64,000 nt of DNA, from positions 448,001 through 512,000 of the forward strand of contig CAWELD010000003.1 of assembly GCA_963809895.1 (NCBI GenBank), written 5' to 3'. Of this stretch, positions 11,245-21,095 are shown piece after piece (position 1 is the first letter of the stretch; every line of letters starts with the position of its first letter). Under the pieces are notes generated by a model. It was given only the letters and a program-made list of their open reading frames with translations. It made no database searches and was not told the origin of the DNA. This stretch comes from an uncultured Gemmatimonadales bacterium. Lineage in GTDB: Bacteria; Gemmatimonadota; Gemmatimonadetes; Longimicrobiales; Gaopeijiaceae. The translations under genes were made by a program, and so were the position numbers.

Positions 11245-12762
11245 TCAGGGCGTGCGGAGGGAACGGCCCACGACGGCTTCCAGCGCCGTCAGGGCGTCGT
11301 GATAGCCGTACACGGCGTTCAGGAGGTCCCGATCCGCCTGGACCTTCACCGTTTCCGCCTCCACCAGGTCGAGGAAAGGGATGAATCCCAGGCGGTAGCG
11401 CTCGCGGGCGAGACGCAGTTGCTCGTCGGCCAGGTCCTGGTTGCGTCGCTCCAGCTCCGCGCTCCGGTAGGCGGTACTCACCTGGGCGAGCTGGATGGAG
11501 ACGTCGGCCTCCAGGGCGAGCTCCTCCTCTCGCACCTGATACTCCGCGTCCTCCTTCTGGGCCTGGGCCGCTTCGAGGTCGCGCTGCCGCCCGAGACCCT
11601 GGAAGACGGGGATGCTGAGCGACAGCGACATCGACGGCGGGTTCCGCTCGAAGTTGAACGGGAAGACGTTGTTGTTGGAGATGATGGACGCCCGGTCCTC
11701 GTCGGTGAAGGCGTAGCGCGTGCAGTCCTGGGCCGGGAGGGGATCGGCCAGACGGCTGTAGAGCTCGTTGGTGAACTGGCACTGCTGGATCGCCGACGAG
11801 ACCTGCGCCTGCGCCTGGGCGATGAGATAGCCGGTGTTGCTCGCCTTGCGTGTGAAGCCGCTCCATCCGGCGCTCATGGAGAGCGACGGCAGGTAGGCGG
11901 TCTTGGCCATGCGCACCCCGACACCGGCGGCGTCACGGCTCCGTCGGCGGCTCTCCAGCGTGGGATTGTCGGCCATGGCCATGTCCAGGAGCTGGTCCTC
12001 GGACCAGGTGGGCTCCTGGACCTGGAACTCCGTGGTCAGGGTGACGTCCCGGTGGAGGTCCACGCCCAACTGCTGCAGGAGTCGGAGACGCGCCGTCTGG
12101 GCGCCGTTCTGGGCCTGTAGCAGCGACACCTCCGCCCGTCCCACCTGCACCTCGGCCTGGCGGACGTCCAGCGGGGTGGCGGTGCCGACCTCGGCCTGCC
12201 CCTGGGCCAGTCGCAGGTTGAAACGGGCGCGCTCGAGCTCCTGCTGCGCCAGGTCGACCCCGTCCCGTTGACGGAGCGCCTCGAGATAGGCCTGGGTGAC
12301 CTGGGTCTGGAGATTGATCCGGGCGATGGAGATCTGGGCGTCGGTGGCTGCCAGCGACGCCTTGGCCTGCGAGGGGGCCAGGAGCGTGCGGCCACTGAGC
12401 TGGTAGTTGAGCCCCACGTTGTAGGAGCTGAAGTAGTACGATGGCTGCCCGCCGAAACCCAACTCGTCCAGGGTGATGCTCCCCAGGCGCTGCTGGCCTG
12501 CGCCCTGCCACGACACGCCTCCACCCAGCGAGGCGCTGGGAGCCAGCGCGCCATAGGCGGATCGCAGGTCCCATTCCGCGACGCTACGATCGTTGCGGGT
12601 CGCCTGAAAGCCCGGGTTGTTGGCCCGGGCGAGCTCCAGCGCGCGATCGAGGGAGAGGTCCTCGGACCCGGTCTGGGCGGTGGCAGGGGCGGGGGTGGTG
12701 AGGAAGACGAGAGCGAGGAGCGAGAGTACGCTGGTAGCGCGCACGCGTCGCGAGGTATCCAC
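11245..12762 (-). CDS. TolC family outer membrane protein
   Basis: GTG start at 12762 with GGAG RBS and signal peptide; LSLDRALELARANNP; ERYRLGFIPFLDLVEAE; two OEP repeats. Confidence 0.9.
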   Translation of the reverse strand: MDTSRRVRATSVLSLLALVFLTTPAPATAQTGSEDLSLDRALELARANNPGFQATRNDRSVAEWDLRSAYGALAPSASLGGGVSWQGAGQQRLGSITLDELGFGGQPSYYFSSYNVGLNYQLSGRTLLAPSQAKASLAATDAQISIARINLQTQVTQAYLEALRQRDGVDLAQQELERARFNLRLAQGQAEVGTATPLDVRQAEVQVGRAEVSLLQAQNGAQTARLRLLQQLGVDLHRDVTLTTEFQVQEPTWSEDQLLDMAMADNPTLESRRRSRDAAGVGVRMAKTAYLPSLSMSAGWSGFTRKASNTGYLIAQAQAQVSSAIQQCQFTNELYSRLADPLPAQDCTRYAFTDEDRASIISNNNVFPFNFERNPPSMSLSLSIPVFQGLGRQRDLEAAQAQKEDAEYQVREEELALEADVSIQLAQVSTAYRSAELERRNQDLADEQLRLARERYRLGFIPFLDLVEAETVKVQADRDLLNAVYGYHDALTALEAVVGRSLRTP

Positions 12763-12952
12763 GATGGATTCTCCGGCGGCGAGAGTCGGGGCTTCTGGAG
12801 TTGTGGGGCGGGCCCGGAGGGGAGGGGTTCGGCCTCCCGCCCGTACGGGCCCGGCCCTGGCGCGGTTTCGCGCTCCGGGCGTCCTGGGTCCGTCCAACGG
12901 TACGCGCGGGCGCTCGGGATTCTTCAGCGCGCCGAATCGGAGGCGCGAGCCA

Positions 12953-13660
12953 TCAGTTCGGCGTGCGCTCGGCGCGGTAGCCGCGGGAAGGGATTTCCAC
13001 ACGCAGGACCCGGCCCTGATCGTCGAGCCAGACCTCGTGGAGTCGGTCGCCTCCTTCGAGCCTGACGTGGCGCACCTGGAGCTGTTCCCGACCCAGCCTG
13101 AACGGCTCGACCTCCGCCGAGGCGACCTTCAAGCGGTACTGGGCGCCCGACAACGGCTCGATGACCATGAGGTCGGCGCCGGGCTTCTCGGCGAGCTTGG
13201 AGACGAAGTAGTAGAGGAAGGCCACGTCCCGTTCCAGGATGACGGTGCCCGGGCCTGCCCGGAACTCCTTCTGGGACTCGCCCTCCTGCGACGTCGTGCG
13301 GCTCACGAAGCGGTTCCCCTGCAGGAAGCCGGCGACCTTGGCCGTGCTGGCGCCGGTCATGTCGTTGTTGTAGGCCGACGGCGCCAGTGCCGGCGTGGCC
13401 TGCAGCACCGGTCGCATCTGCGTGGTCTCGCCGTCGCGGCGGATCTCGATCTCGGCGGTGGCCAGGATGCGGGCGTCGTCGCCCACGCCCTGACGTTGGA
13501 TGGTGAACCGCTCGGTTCCGGCATCGCTGCCGTCCAGGAAGAGCGTGAAGCTCCCCTCGTCGAGTACCGCGGCCTGCGATGCGGCTTGCGCGGGGGCGAG
13601 GGCGGCGAGGACGAGCGAGAAGAAGAGCCCCGGAACGGGCGAGAGGCCGGTTCGACGCAT
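12953..13660 (-). CDS. Secreted hypothetical protein (beta-rich)
   Basis: GGAG RBS, signal peptide ending AQA; C-terminal VWLDDQGRVLRVEIP pattern. Confidence 0.75.
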   Translation of the reverse strand: MRRTGLSPVPGLFFSLVLAALAPAQAASQAAVLDEGSFTLFLDGSDAGTERFTIQRQGVGDDARILATAEIEIRRDGETTQMRPVLQATPALAPSAYNNDMTGASTAKVAGFLQGNRFVSRTTSQEGESQKEFRAGPGTVILERDVAFLYYFVSKLAEKPGADLMVIEPLSGAQYRLKVASAEVEPFRLGREQLQVRHVRLEGGDRLHEVWLDDQGRVLRVEIPSRGYRAERTPN

Positions 13661-13744
13661 GATTCTCCTTCCGATGGGTGGGAGCGTGCGGGAACCCGGA
13701 ATGTGTGGCTTTGCTACACCTCGTGGAAAGGGCGAGGTCCGCCG

Positions 13745-14467
13745 TCAGCGCCGCAGCGCCGACTCCAGGGTCTCCACCCAGCGGCGAAACACGGACTCGC
13801 CCGTGAGGGCGGAAGCCGCCGACGGGAAGCCGATCACGCCACGGGACCCCGGCGGGGGTGTGGGGCTGCGGCCCTGCGTGTACCTTCGAAGCGCCCCGGC
13901 GTCTGGTGGCGCGTCTTCCAGGGTATCGGTGATCACGCGCTCGGGCGCGAGATGGAGAAGGACAGACGTCTCCAACTCGCCGGCGTGCTCCGGGCCCGGC
14001 GCACCCGAGAGGAGGTCGCTCACATCGATGCCATACAGGTCGAAGACCGTGGTCCGGGACTCGGAGGTGAGTGCCATGAGCAGCGCATCCATGTGGGCTT
14101 CGGAGCGGTGCGCCGAGATGATGACGAACTCGGAGAATCCGTGATCCTCCCAGGCCGCCAGGAGTTCGTTCACCGCACGGTGCAGCGTCTTGCGCCTCAA
14201 TCCCGCGGTGCCGGGGAACGCCTCGGATCCCGGCAGGTTCACCCCATAGGGGAAGGCCGGCGCCCGCAGGATCCCCAGGCGCTCGGAGAGACTGGCCGCC
14301 ACGCAGCGGGCGATGAAGGTGTTGGACCCCATGGGCAGGTGCGGGCCGTGCTGTTCCAGCGCGCCCACTGGCAGCAGAAGCCGGGAGTCCCGGGCGAGCT
14401 GTCGTGCCACCTCGGGCCACGGCAACCGGTCCAGGCTTCGGCCGTCGTCGAGATCGTAGTCCGTCAT
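13745..14467 (-). CDS. Creatininase family protein (divergent)
   Basis: LPVGALEQHGPHLPMG, PAFPYG, EHAGELETS, GVIGFPSAAS; GGAG RBS before ATG 14467. Confidence 0.85.
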   Translation of the reverse strand: MTDYDLDDGRSLDRLPWPEVARQLARDSRLLLPVGALEQHGPHLPMGSNTFIARCVAASLSERLGILRAPAFPYGVNLPGSEAFPGTAGLRRKTLHRAVNELLAAWEDHGFSEFVIISAHRSEAHMDALLMALTSESRTTVFDLYGIDVSDLLSGAPGPEHAGELETSVLLHLAPERVITDTLEDAPPDAGALRRYTQGRSPTPPPGSRGVIGFPSAASALTGESVFRRWVETLESALRR

Positions 14468-14490
14468 CGTTCGTACTCCGGGGGGCGCTC

Positions 14491-17400
14491 GTGAGCCGGG
14501 CGCGCGTGCTGTCCGCCCTGCCGTGGGCGTCGCTTCTGGCGGTGGCCGCCTGGGCCCGTTGGCCGCACCCGGGCTGGCTCGTGGCCGCAGCGGGCTGCGC
14601 CGTCGCCGCGCTGCTGCTCGGCGCGGCGCGCGGGCGCCGCACCGCCGCCGGGCTGATCCTCGTGCTGGCCGCCGTGGCCGTCGGCTTCTGGGCCGAGGGC
14701 CGGGACTCGGCACTGGCGAGGGACTTCCAGGGCTATTGGGCGGATCGCGAGACCCAGGTGTTCGAGACGCTGGGCCAGGAGCTCTCGCAGGTTCTCGACC
14801 GCGCGACCCTCGCCGCCACCACACTGGCGGAGAGCGCCGCCGGCGGCAACACCCCGGACCGCTCGGAGGTGGTGGGCATTCGCCGCTCGTCGGGGATGGC
14901 CGCCGTCGCGGTCTACGACGGGATGGGGCGTCTGCGAACCTGGGACGGTGTGCACCGCGGGCCCGTACCCGAAGAAGTCCAGATGGGACAGGTTCGGTAC
15001 CGGTACGGCGAGCGTCCGCTGGTGAGCTACTTCTACGTCACCGTCCCGGTGGACGGTGGCGGCACCGCGGTGGCGGCCCTCCTGCTGCGGGCCGACCTGC
15101 CCACCGGGAGCCGCGGCAGTCGGGATTTCGTTTCGGGGATCCGGGAACACACCGGCGAGTCCATTCGCATCACCTCGGCGGACCGGGCCCAGAGCGACGA
15201 CGTCTTCGACTACCAGTGGGAAGGCGAGGTCCTGTTCTCGGTGTCGCTGGATCGCCCCGGCGAGGCGGCTCGCCGGGCGGACTACCTGGCACAGGCGCGC
15301 TCGTGGGTGGTCCTTCTCCTGGCGATGGGGTGGCTGTTGACCGGACTGGGAGCCGCCGGCGGCCCGCATCGGGGCTGGGGGGCCGCGTCGGTGGGTCTGG
15401 GATTGGCCCTGCTGGTGCCGGTGACTGCGCTGCCGGGCCTCGACAGGGTCGGATCTCCGGCCGACGTCCTGCTCCCGGGTGGCCTCACCCTGGCCCGTCT
15501 GGTGCTGATCGTAGGGGCCGGCGTAGTGGCGGCGGGGGCGCTGCGGGCGTCCAACCTGTGGAACGCTCGGGCGCCGGGGGCGGTGATTGCGGTGGCCGCG
15601 GGATTCCCGCTTCTGGTCCGGATCGGGTCGGGCGGTGCCTCCAGCGGCTTCCTGGCCGGGGCAGAAGCGCCCTGGCTCGTGTTCACCATCACGCTGGCCG
15701 GCGCCCTGGGCCTGGTGGCCTGGGCGGCGCTGGCGGCGGGACGGCGTGAAGGCCGGCGCCGCGTGCGCGTGACCCTCGGTGTGGCGACGACGGTGCTCCT
15801 GTCGTTGGGCGCCGCGTGGTGGGCGGTGCGGCGGCCCGGCCTACCCGCGTGGGCCTTGTCGGCGTGGGCGCTCCCGCTGTGGCTCCTCCTGCCGGCCGGT
15901 CCCAGGAAGGGCGGGCGGGGGGCGTTTCTGGCGTGGATGCTCGCGCTGCTCCTCGGCACCTCCGCGACCTTGCCGTGGGCCTGGGGATCGCGCATTCGAG
16001 CGCGCATGGCGGTGGCGGAGGTCCAGTTGGACCGTCTGGGCACTTCTGTGGACCCGTACCTCCAGTTCCTGTTGGAGCGTACCGCGGCCGCGGTGGACTC
16101 CCTGGACGCCCAGGGCACCGTCGCGGTGGAGCTCCTCTACGAGGCGTGGCGCCAGGGAGGGCTCGCCGACGCGGGATATCCCGTGTGGCTGACCCTGTGG
16201 TCGCCGGCGGACTTTCCGTCTCCCGAGCTGCGCATCGGGTTCGGCTCGCTTCCGCGGCCCGCCGTGGCCGCCAGCGCGCTGGATTCGGCCCGGGCGTCGG
16301 GCCAGGCGCAGGTGCAGCGCTTCGAACTGGCCGATGCCCACTACCTGCTGACCGTTCCTCTCCCCGGCGGGCGTGTCGTTACGGGCGTGGTACCGCCGCT
16401 GCGAGGTGCGGGGGGCGGGGCGTCGTTGCTGGGACCGCTCTTCGGAAGCCTGTCGCCGGCGGCCGCCGAGCCCATCACGCTGATCCCTGCGCTGGCGAGC
16501 GATTCGGTGCGGCAGCGCGACTCCTTGCGCTGGGTGCACCTGGACGGCGGATGGCAGGGGGAGCTGGCGCTGACCTATCCGGGCACCTTGTACCACGCCC
16601 ACTACCGGGTCGCTCTCCCGGGGGCCATGGTCACCGTCGCCCGCGCCACGTTGATCCTGGCGTTGGCGGCGCTGCTCTTTGCCGTCCTCTGGGGCGTGGG
16701 TCGGACCCTCGGCGACCGTGAGGGCCGCTGGGGGGTCGACGCGCGCAAAGCGCTGTCGTCGTTCCGGGCGCGGGTGACGCTGGCGCTGTTCGGCTTCTTC
16801 GCCCTCTCGAACCTGATCTTCGGAAGCCTGGCCTACCGCACCCTCGCCGGGGCGTCACAGCGCGCGGCCAGGGTCCTGTCGGAACGGGCCGTGGACGACG
16901 CCTCGGGGACCTATTTCGAGGTGCAGGGAGAGGTCCACCTCCTGTCACGCCTGGTGGGTTCGGACCTGCTGGAATACCGGCGTGGTGAACTTCTCGAGGG
17001 TTCGGTGGAGGAGTTGGTGGAGCTGGGCCTGTACGAGGGCTGGGTGCCCTACGACGTCTACCAGGGTCTGAGCTCTCGAGAGACGCTGCGAGAGGTGTCC
17101 ACCACCGATCTGGGGACCTGGGAGTACGTCACCGCCTACCGCCGCTTGCCGGATCCCGACGGCGACATCCTGGCCGCGCCCGTGCCGCTCATCGCCGGCG
17201 CCACGGCGGTGCGCAGTCGCGAGGTGGCGCACCTGCTGGGCCTGGCGGTGCTGCTCGGCGGTGCCCTGTCGCTGGGGCTGGCGCTCCTGGTGGGGCGCGC
17301 GCTCACGCGGCCCATCCAGACCCTGCGGGTGGCGTCCGAGCGCGTCGGCAGTGGAAACCTGCGGGTGCGTCTCCCCGCGGGCCGGGCCGACGAGTTCGGG

Positions 17401-18528
17401 GCCGTCTTCGATGCCTTCAACCGCATGGTGCGACGCCTGCGTGGGGCTCGCCGGGACCTGGTGCGCACCACCCGGCGCACCCAGGCGATCGTGGACGACG
17501 CGGCCACGGGCGTCCTGGCCTTCGACGCCGAGGGTGCCGTGACCCTGGTCAACCCGCGTGCGCGGGAGCTTCTCCACCTGCCCCTCACCGTGGGCCGGCG
17601 ACTCCCCGAGGCCGAGGGTGCCGGTGGGGAGTTCGTGCGCTGGGTCGAGCTCTACTTCCGCGACGGGCTCCGCGAGGCCGCCACGGAGCTCCAGTCCGGC
17701 GAGCGGCGCATCCGGGCTCGAGCGCGCCGTATCGGCCAGGACAGCCCCGCGGGGGCGGTGGTGAGCCTCGAGGACGTGACCGACGAGCTGCGCACGGAGC
17801 GGGTGCTGGCCTGGGGTGAGATGGCGCGACAGGTGGCGCACGAGGTCAAGAATCCCCTCACCCCCATCAAGTTGAGCGTGCAGCACATTCGTCGGGCCTG
17901 GGAGGATCGTCGGACCGACTTCGACGCCATCCTGACCCGTAACGCCGACGCCATGCTGCGGGAAATCGACCGGCTGGCCGCCATCGCCACGAGCTTCTCG
18001 CGCTTCGGCGCTCCCCGCGCCGCCGGCGAACAGCCGCTGGGCCCGGTGAGGCTTCCGGAGATCGTCGCCGAGGTGATGGCGCTCTATTCCACCGGCGAGG
18101 GCCCCATCCGCTTCGTGGCGGATCTGCCTGCCGACCTGAGCCCGGTGGCCGCCCGCGGCCCCGAGGTCAAAGAGGTGCTGGTGAACCTGCTGGAGAACGC
18201 GCGGGCCGCCATCAGGGAGGGGGGTACCGTCCTGGTCCAGGGGTTCGTCGAGGGAGACCGGGTCGCGCTCCGGGTCGTGGACGACGGCACGGGGATCCCC
18301 GAAGCCATGCTCTCCAGGGTGTTCGAGCCCCACTTCTCCACGCGCTCCACCGGAACCGGACTGGGATTGGCCATCGTCCAGCGTCTGGTGGATGCCTGGG
18401 GGGCCAGCGTGACCGTGGAGAGCGAGGAAGGGGAGGGTACCATCGCCACGCTGCGCTTCAGGCCCTGGCGGGAGACCGTCGCCGACGGCGACAGGGGTGG
18501 CCCCGAGCATGACGATACGCGAAATTGA
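14491..18528 (+). CDS. Large multi-TM sensor histidine kinase (HAMP-PAS-HisKA-HATPase, NtrY-like C-terminus)
   Basis: WGEMARQVAHEVKNPLTPIKL H-box, NLLENA N-box, DDGTGI, FSTRSTGTGLGL; HAMP (DEFGAVFDAFNRM). Start codon uncertain. Confidence 0.9.
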   Translation: MSRARVLSALPWASLLAVAAWARWPHPGWLVAAAGCAVAALLLGAARGRRTAAGLILVLAAVAVGFWAEGRDSALARDFQGYWADRETQVFETLGQELSQVLDRATLAATTLAESAAGGNTPDRSEVVGIRRSSGMAAVAVYDGMGRLRTWDGVHRGPVPEEVQMGQVRYRYGERPLVSYFYVTVPVDGGGTAVAALLLRADLPTGSRGSRDFVSGIREHTGESIRITSADRAQSDDVFDYQWEGEVLFSVSLDRPGEAARRADYLAQARSWVVLLLAMGWLLTGLGAAGGPHRGWGAASVGLGLALLVPVTALPGLDRVGSPADVLLPGGLTLARLVLIVGAGVVAAGALRASNLWNARAPGAVIAVAAGFPLLVRIGSGGASSGFLAGAEAPWLVFTITLAGALGLVAWAALAAGRREGRRRVRVTLGVATTVLLSLGAAWWAVRRPGLPAWALSAWALPLWLLLPAGPRKGGRGAFLAWMLALLLGTSATLPWAWGSRIRARMAVAEVQLDRLGTSVDPYLQFLLERTAAAVDSLDAQGTVAVELLYEAWRQGGLADAGYPVWLTLWSPADFPSPELRIGFGSLPRPAVAASALDSARASGQAQVQRFELADAHYLLTVPLPGGRVVTGVVPPLRGAGGGASLLGPLFGSLSPAAAEPITLIPALASDSVRQRDSLRWVHLDGGWQGELALTYPGTLYHAHYRVALPGAMVTVARATLILALAALLFAVLWGVGRTLGDREGRWGVDARKALSSFRARVTLALFGFFALSNLIFGSLAYRTLAGASQRAARVLSERAVDDASGTYFEVQGEVHLLSRLVGSDLLEYRRGELLEGSVEELVELGLYEGWVPYDVYQGLSSRETLREVSTTDLGTWEYVTAYRRLPDPDGDILAAPVPLIAGATAVRSREVAHLLGLAVLLGGALSLGLALLVGRALTRPIQTLRVASERVGSGNLRVRLPAGRADEFGAVFDAFNRMVRRLRGARRDLVRTTRRTQAIVDDAATGVLAFDAEGAVTLVNPRARELLHLPLTVGRRLPEAEGAGGEFVRWVELYFRDGLREAATELQSGERRIRARARRIGQDSPAGAVVSLEDVTDELRTERVLAWGEMARQVAHEVKNPLTPIKLSVQHIRRAWEDRRTDFDAILTRNADAMLREIDRLAAIATSFSRFGAPRAAGEQPLGPVRLPEIVAEVMALYSTGEGPIRFVADLPADLSPVAARGPEVKEVLVNLLENARAAIREGGTVLVQGFVEGDRVALRVVDDGTGIPEAMLSRVFEPHFSTRSTGTGLGLAIVQRLVDAWGASVTVESEEGEGTIATLRFRPWRETVADGDRGGPEHDDTRN

Positions 18529-18618
18529 AAGACTCGCAGCCCTCCCCCCCGACCCATACTCAGACCCCTGGATTCGCTGGATTTCTCTCGCTGGATCGAG
18601 GATCGCGCGCGGCCTCTC

Positions 18619-19122
18619 GTGGAGCGTTGGCTCGCCGAGGTGGAAGGCCGTGATGCCGCGTGGAACGACGGCGTGCACGAGCTCATGGAGGCCTTCATGG
18701 AGCTCTTTCTGGAGTTGTTGCCGGCGTGCCTCGGCCCCCTGCGGGACCAGACCGATCCCCTGTGGCTGCAGACGGCGGAGCTGTTCGGCTCCTTCGCGGC
18801 GCAGCGAGGCCTGGCGGCGGGAGAGGTGATCGAAGAGTTCCAGGTGCTCCGGGAAGCCGTCATCCGGCTGCTGTGGGCGGATCCGCCCGCCGTGGCGTCC
18901 AACCGCACGGCGCTGCGCGAGGCCCTCCGTCTGAACCGCGTCCTGGACCGCGGCGTGACCCAGGCCTCGGTCGGTCACACCGACGCGCTCTTCTTCGCTC
19001 TCTTCCAGGGCTCGGGGGTACCGGAGCACCTCACCGACGACGCCCGCTACGAGATCCGGAACCAGCTCCAGGCCGTCCGCAAGGAGCTCAGGATCATCAG
19101 GGGGGCGGTGGGGATCCGCTGA
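18619..19122 (+). CDS. Hypothetical helical protein, RsbRD N-terminal-domain-like
   Basis: FGSFAAQRGLAAGEVIEEFQVLREAVIRLL...LNRVLDRGV pattern. The frame is open upstream, so the true start may be earlier. Confidence 0.6.
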   Translation: MERWLAEVEGRDAAWNDGVHELMEAFMELFLELLPACLGPLRDQTDPLWLQTAELFGSFAAQRGLAAGEVIEEFQVLREAVIRLLWADPPAVASNRTALREALRLNRVLDRGVTQASVGHTDALFFALFQGSGVPEHLTDDARYEIRNQLQAVRKELRIIRGAVGIR

Positions 19123-19142
19123 CACCTTTGGGGAGAGGACGC

Positions 19143-20642
19143 ATGCAGGATCCCGAGGCCCGACTGGCTCCGCCGACCGGTGACATGCCTCCGGAGGACT
19201 TCCGGCGTTTCGGTCACGAGGTGGTGGACTGGATCGCCGAATACCTGGCCCACGTGGAGGACCTGCCGGTCTTTCCCGACATCGAGCCGGGGTGGGTGCG
19301 GGAGCGCCTCCCCGACGCTCCGCCGGAGTCGGGCGAGGCGATGGGCGCCATGCTCGACGACTTCCGCCGGGTCATCGTGCCGGCCACGACCCACTGGAAC
19401 CACCCGTCCTTCCACGCCTACTTCTCCGTCACCGGCTCGGGTCCGGGGATCCTGGGCGAAATGCTCTCCGCCGCGCTCAACATCAACGCCATGGTGTGGC
19501 GCTCGTCTCCGGCGGGCACGGAGCTCGAGGAGCACACCCTCGATTGGTGGCGACAGATGCTGGGCCTGCCGGATGCGTTCCTCGGGACCATCAACGACAC
19601 GGCCTCCAGCAGTTCTCTGATCGCGCTGGCGGCGGCCCGGGAGGCCGGGTTGCCCGAAGCACGCCGGGACGGCCTCTTCGGCGCACCTCGCGCACGGATC
19701 TACTGCTCGGCCGAGGCCCACTCCTCCATCGACAAGGCCGGCGTGGTGCTGGGCTTCGGCCGCAGCGGCGTGCGCCGGGTGGCGGCGGACGACCGGTTCC
19801 AGATGGAGCCCGACGCGCTGCGGGCGGCGATCCGTGACGATGTGGAGGCCGGCGTGCGCCCACTTGCCGTGGTGGCCACGGTGGGCACCACCTCCACCAC
19901 CAGCGTGGACCCGGTGGACGCCATCGCCGACATCGCCGGGGAGCACGGCATGTGGCTCCACGTGGACGCGGCGTATGCCGGTCCCGCGGCGGTGGTTCCC
20001 GAGCTCTCACACCACTTCAACGGCTGGGAGCGGGCCGACTCCATCGTGGCGAACCCCCACAAGTGGCTCTTCACACCGGTGGATTGCTCGGTCCTGTACT
20101 GCCGGCGTCCCGACATGCTGCGGGCCGCCTTCAGCCTCACTCCCGAGTACCTGAAGACCAGGGAGCAGGGCGTCGGCACCAACCTCATGGACTACGGCAT
20201 CGCGCTGGGCCGCCGGTTCCGGGCGCTCAAGCTCTGGTTCGTGCTGCGGTACTTCGGACGAGAGGGCATCATCGCCCGCATCCGCGACCACGTGCAGATG
20301 GCCGACGAGGTGGCTGGCCGGATCGAGGGGGCTCCCGGCTGGGAGAGGGTCGCGCCGCACCCCTTCAGCACCGTGGTGTTCCGGTATGCGCCGGAGGGGG
20401 TCGCGCCGGAGGAGCAGGATCGATTGAACGAGGAGATTCTGGAACGGGTCAACCGCTCGGGCGAGGCCTTCCTCTCCCACTCGAAGCTGGGAGGGCGGAC
20501 GGTGATCCGCCTCGCGGTGGGGAACCTCAAGACCACCCGGGAGCACCTCGAGCGCACCTGGCAAGCGCTCCAACGGGCAGCGGCGGCGCTGGTCCGGGAC
20601 GTGTCCGACCCGGCCGCCGGGGGCGGCAGCTCAGCGTCCTGA
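19143..20642 (+). CDS. PLP-dependent aromatic-L-amino-acid decarboxylase (group II)
   Basis: THWNHPSFHAYF, SPAGTELE, ATVGTTSTTSVD, WLHVDAAYAG, NPHKWLF, GRRFRALKLWFVLR. Confidence 0.93.
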   Translation: MQDPEARLAPPTGDMPPEDFRRFGHEVVDWIAEYLAHVEDLPVFPDIEPGWVRERLPDAPPESGEAMGAMLDDFRRVIVPATTHWNHPSFHAYFSVTGSGPGILGEMLSAALNINAMVWRSSPAGTELEEHTLDWWRQMLGLPDAFLGTINDTASSSSLIALAAAREAGLPEARRDGLFGAPRARIYCSAEAHSSIDKAGVVLGFGRSGVRRVAADDRFQMEPDALRAAIRDDVEAGVRPLAVVATVGTTSTTSVDPVDAIADIAGEHGMWLHVDAAYAGPAAVVPELSHHFNGWERADSIVANPHKWLFTPVDCSVLYCRRPDMLRAAFSLTPEYLKTREQGVGTNLMDYGIALGRRFRALKLWFVLRYFGREGIIARIRDHVQMADEVAGRIEGAPGWERVAPHPFSTVVFRYAPEGVAPEEQDRLNEEILERVNRSGEAFLSHSKLGGRTVIRLAVGNLKTTREHLERTWQALQRAAAALVRDVSDPAAGGGSSAS

Positions 20643-21095
20643 GCGGCCTCCGTCGTGCCGGCGGAGCCTCTCCTCCAGATCGTCGCCCTTGGGCAGCGCC
20701 AGGGCCATGACCAGGACCGCCGCGCCGGCCAGCGCGGCGCCGGCCGCCACGTCGCCGGAGACCAGGATCATCATCCCTCCCAGGAGCCCCACGGCCTCTC
20801 GGAGCGCCATGCCCACCAGGGTGCCCGAGAAGTGCGCCCGTACGATGGCTTCCCGATCGGCGTGAGCGGGGCCCCGCCGGATCCGTCGCTCCAGGGCGCG
20901 CGCCGTGCCCAGGAAGACGATGGCGATCACCACTACGATCCCCCGGAGCAGCGGTGTGGTGGCCATATAGGGCGTCGTCGCCCCCCGCATGACGAGAAAC
21001 GACGCCACCCCGGCCAGGAGGATGACTCCCCCGGCCAGGGTGGCGGTGATGACGAGCTCGACCCGCAGCGGGCCAGCCACGTCGTCGTGGCTCAA
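20631..21095 (-). CDS. Hypothetical membrane protein (about 4 TM), last gene of the pnt operon
   Basis: TTG start overlaps the pntB stop; hydrophobic segments. Confidence 0.7.
   Translation of the reverse strand: MSHDDVAGPLRVELVITATLAGGVILLAGVASFLVMRGATTPYMATTPLLRGIVVVIAIVFLGTARALERRIRRGPAHADREAIVRAHFSGTLVGMALREAVGLLGGMMILVSGDVAAGAALAGAAVLVMALALPKGDDLEERLRRHDGGRSGR

Noticed and set aside
12895..12923. ECF-type promoter (minus strand GAATCC...CGTT) upstream of tolC
   Set aside because: The motif is too short to support without a regulon alignment.
18525..18560. TTGAAA/CATACT promoter before the RsbRD-like gene
   Set aside because: A 24-bp spacer is too long for sigma-70.
16945..19125. Long antisense or alternate-frame ORFs (also 1789-3309, 12617-14494, 50153-52105, 53915-55582 and others)
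   Set aside because: Shadow ORFs expected at high GC. They overlap well-supported genes and carry no family motifs.
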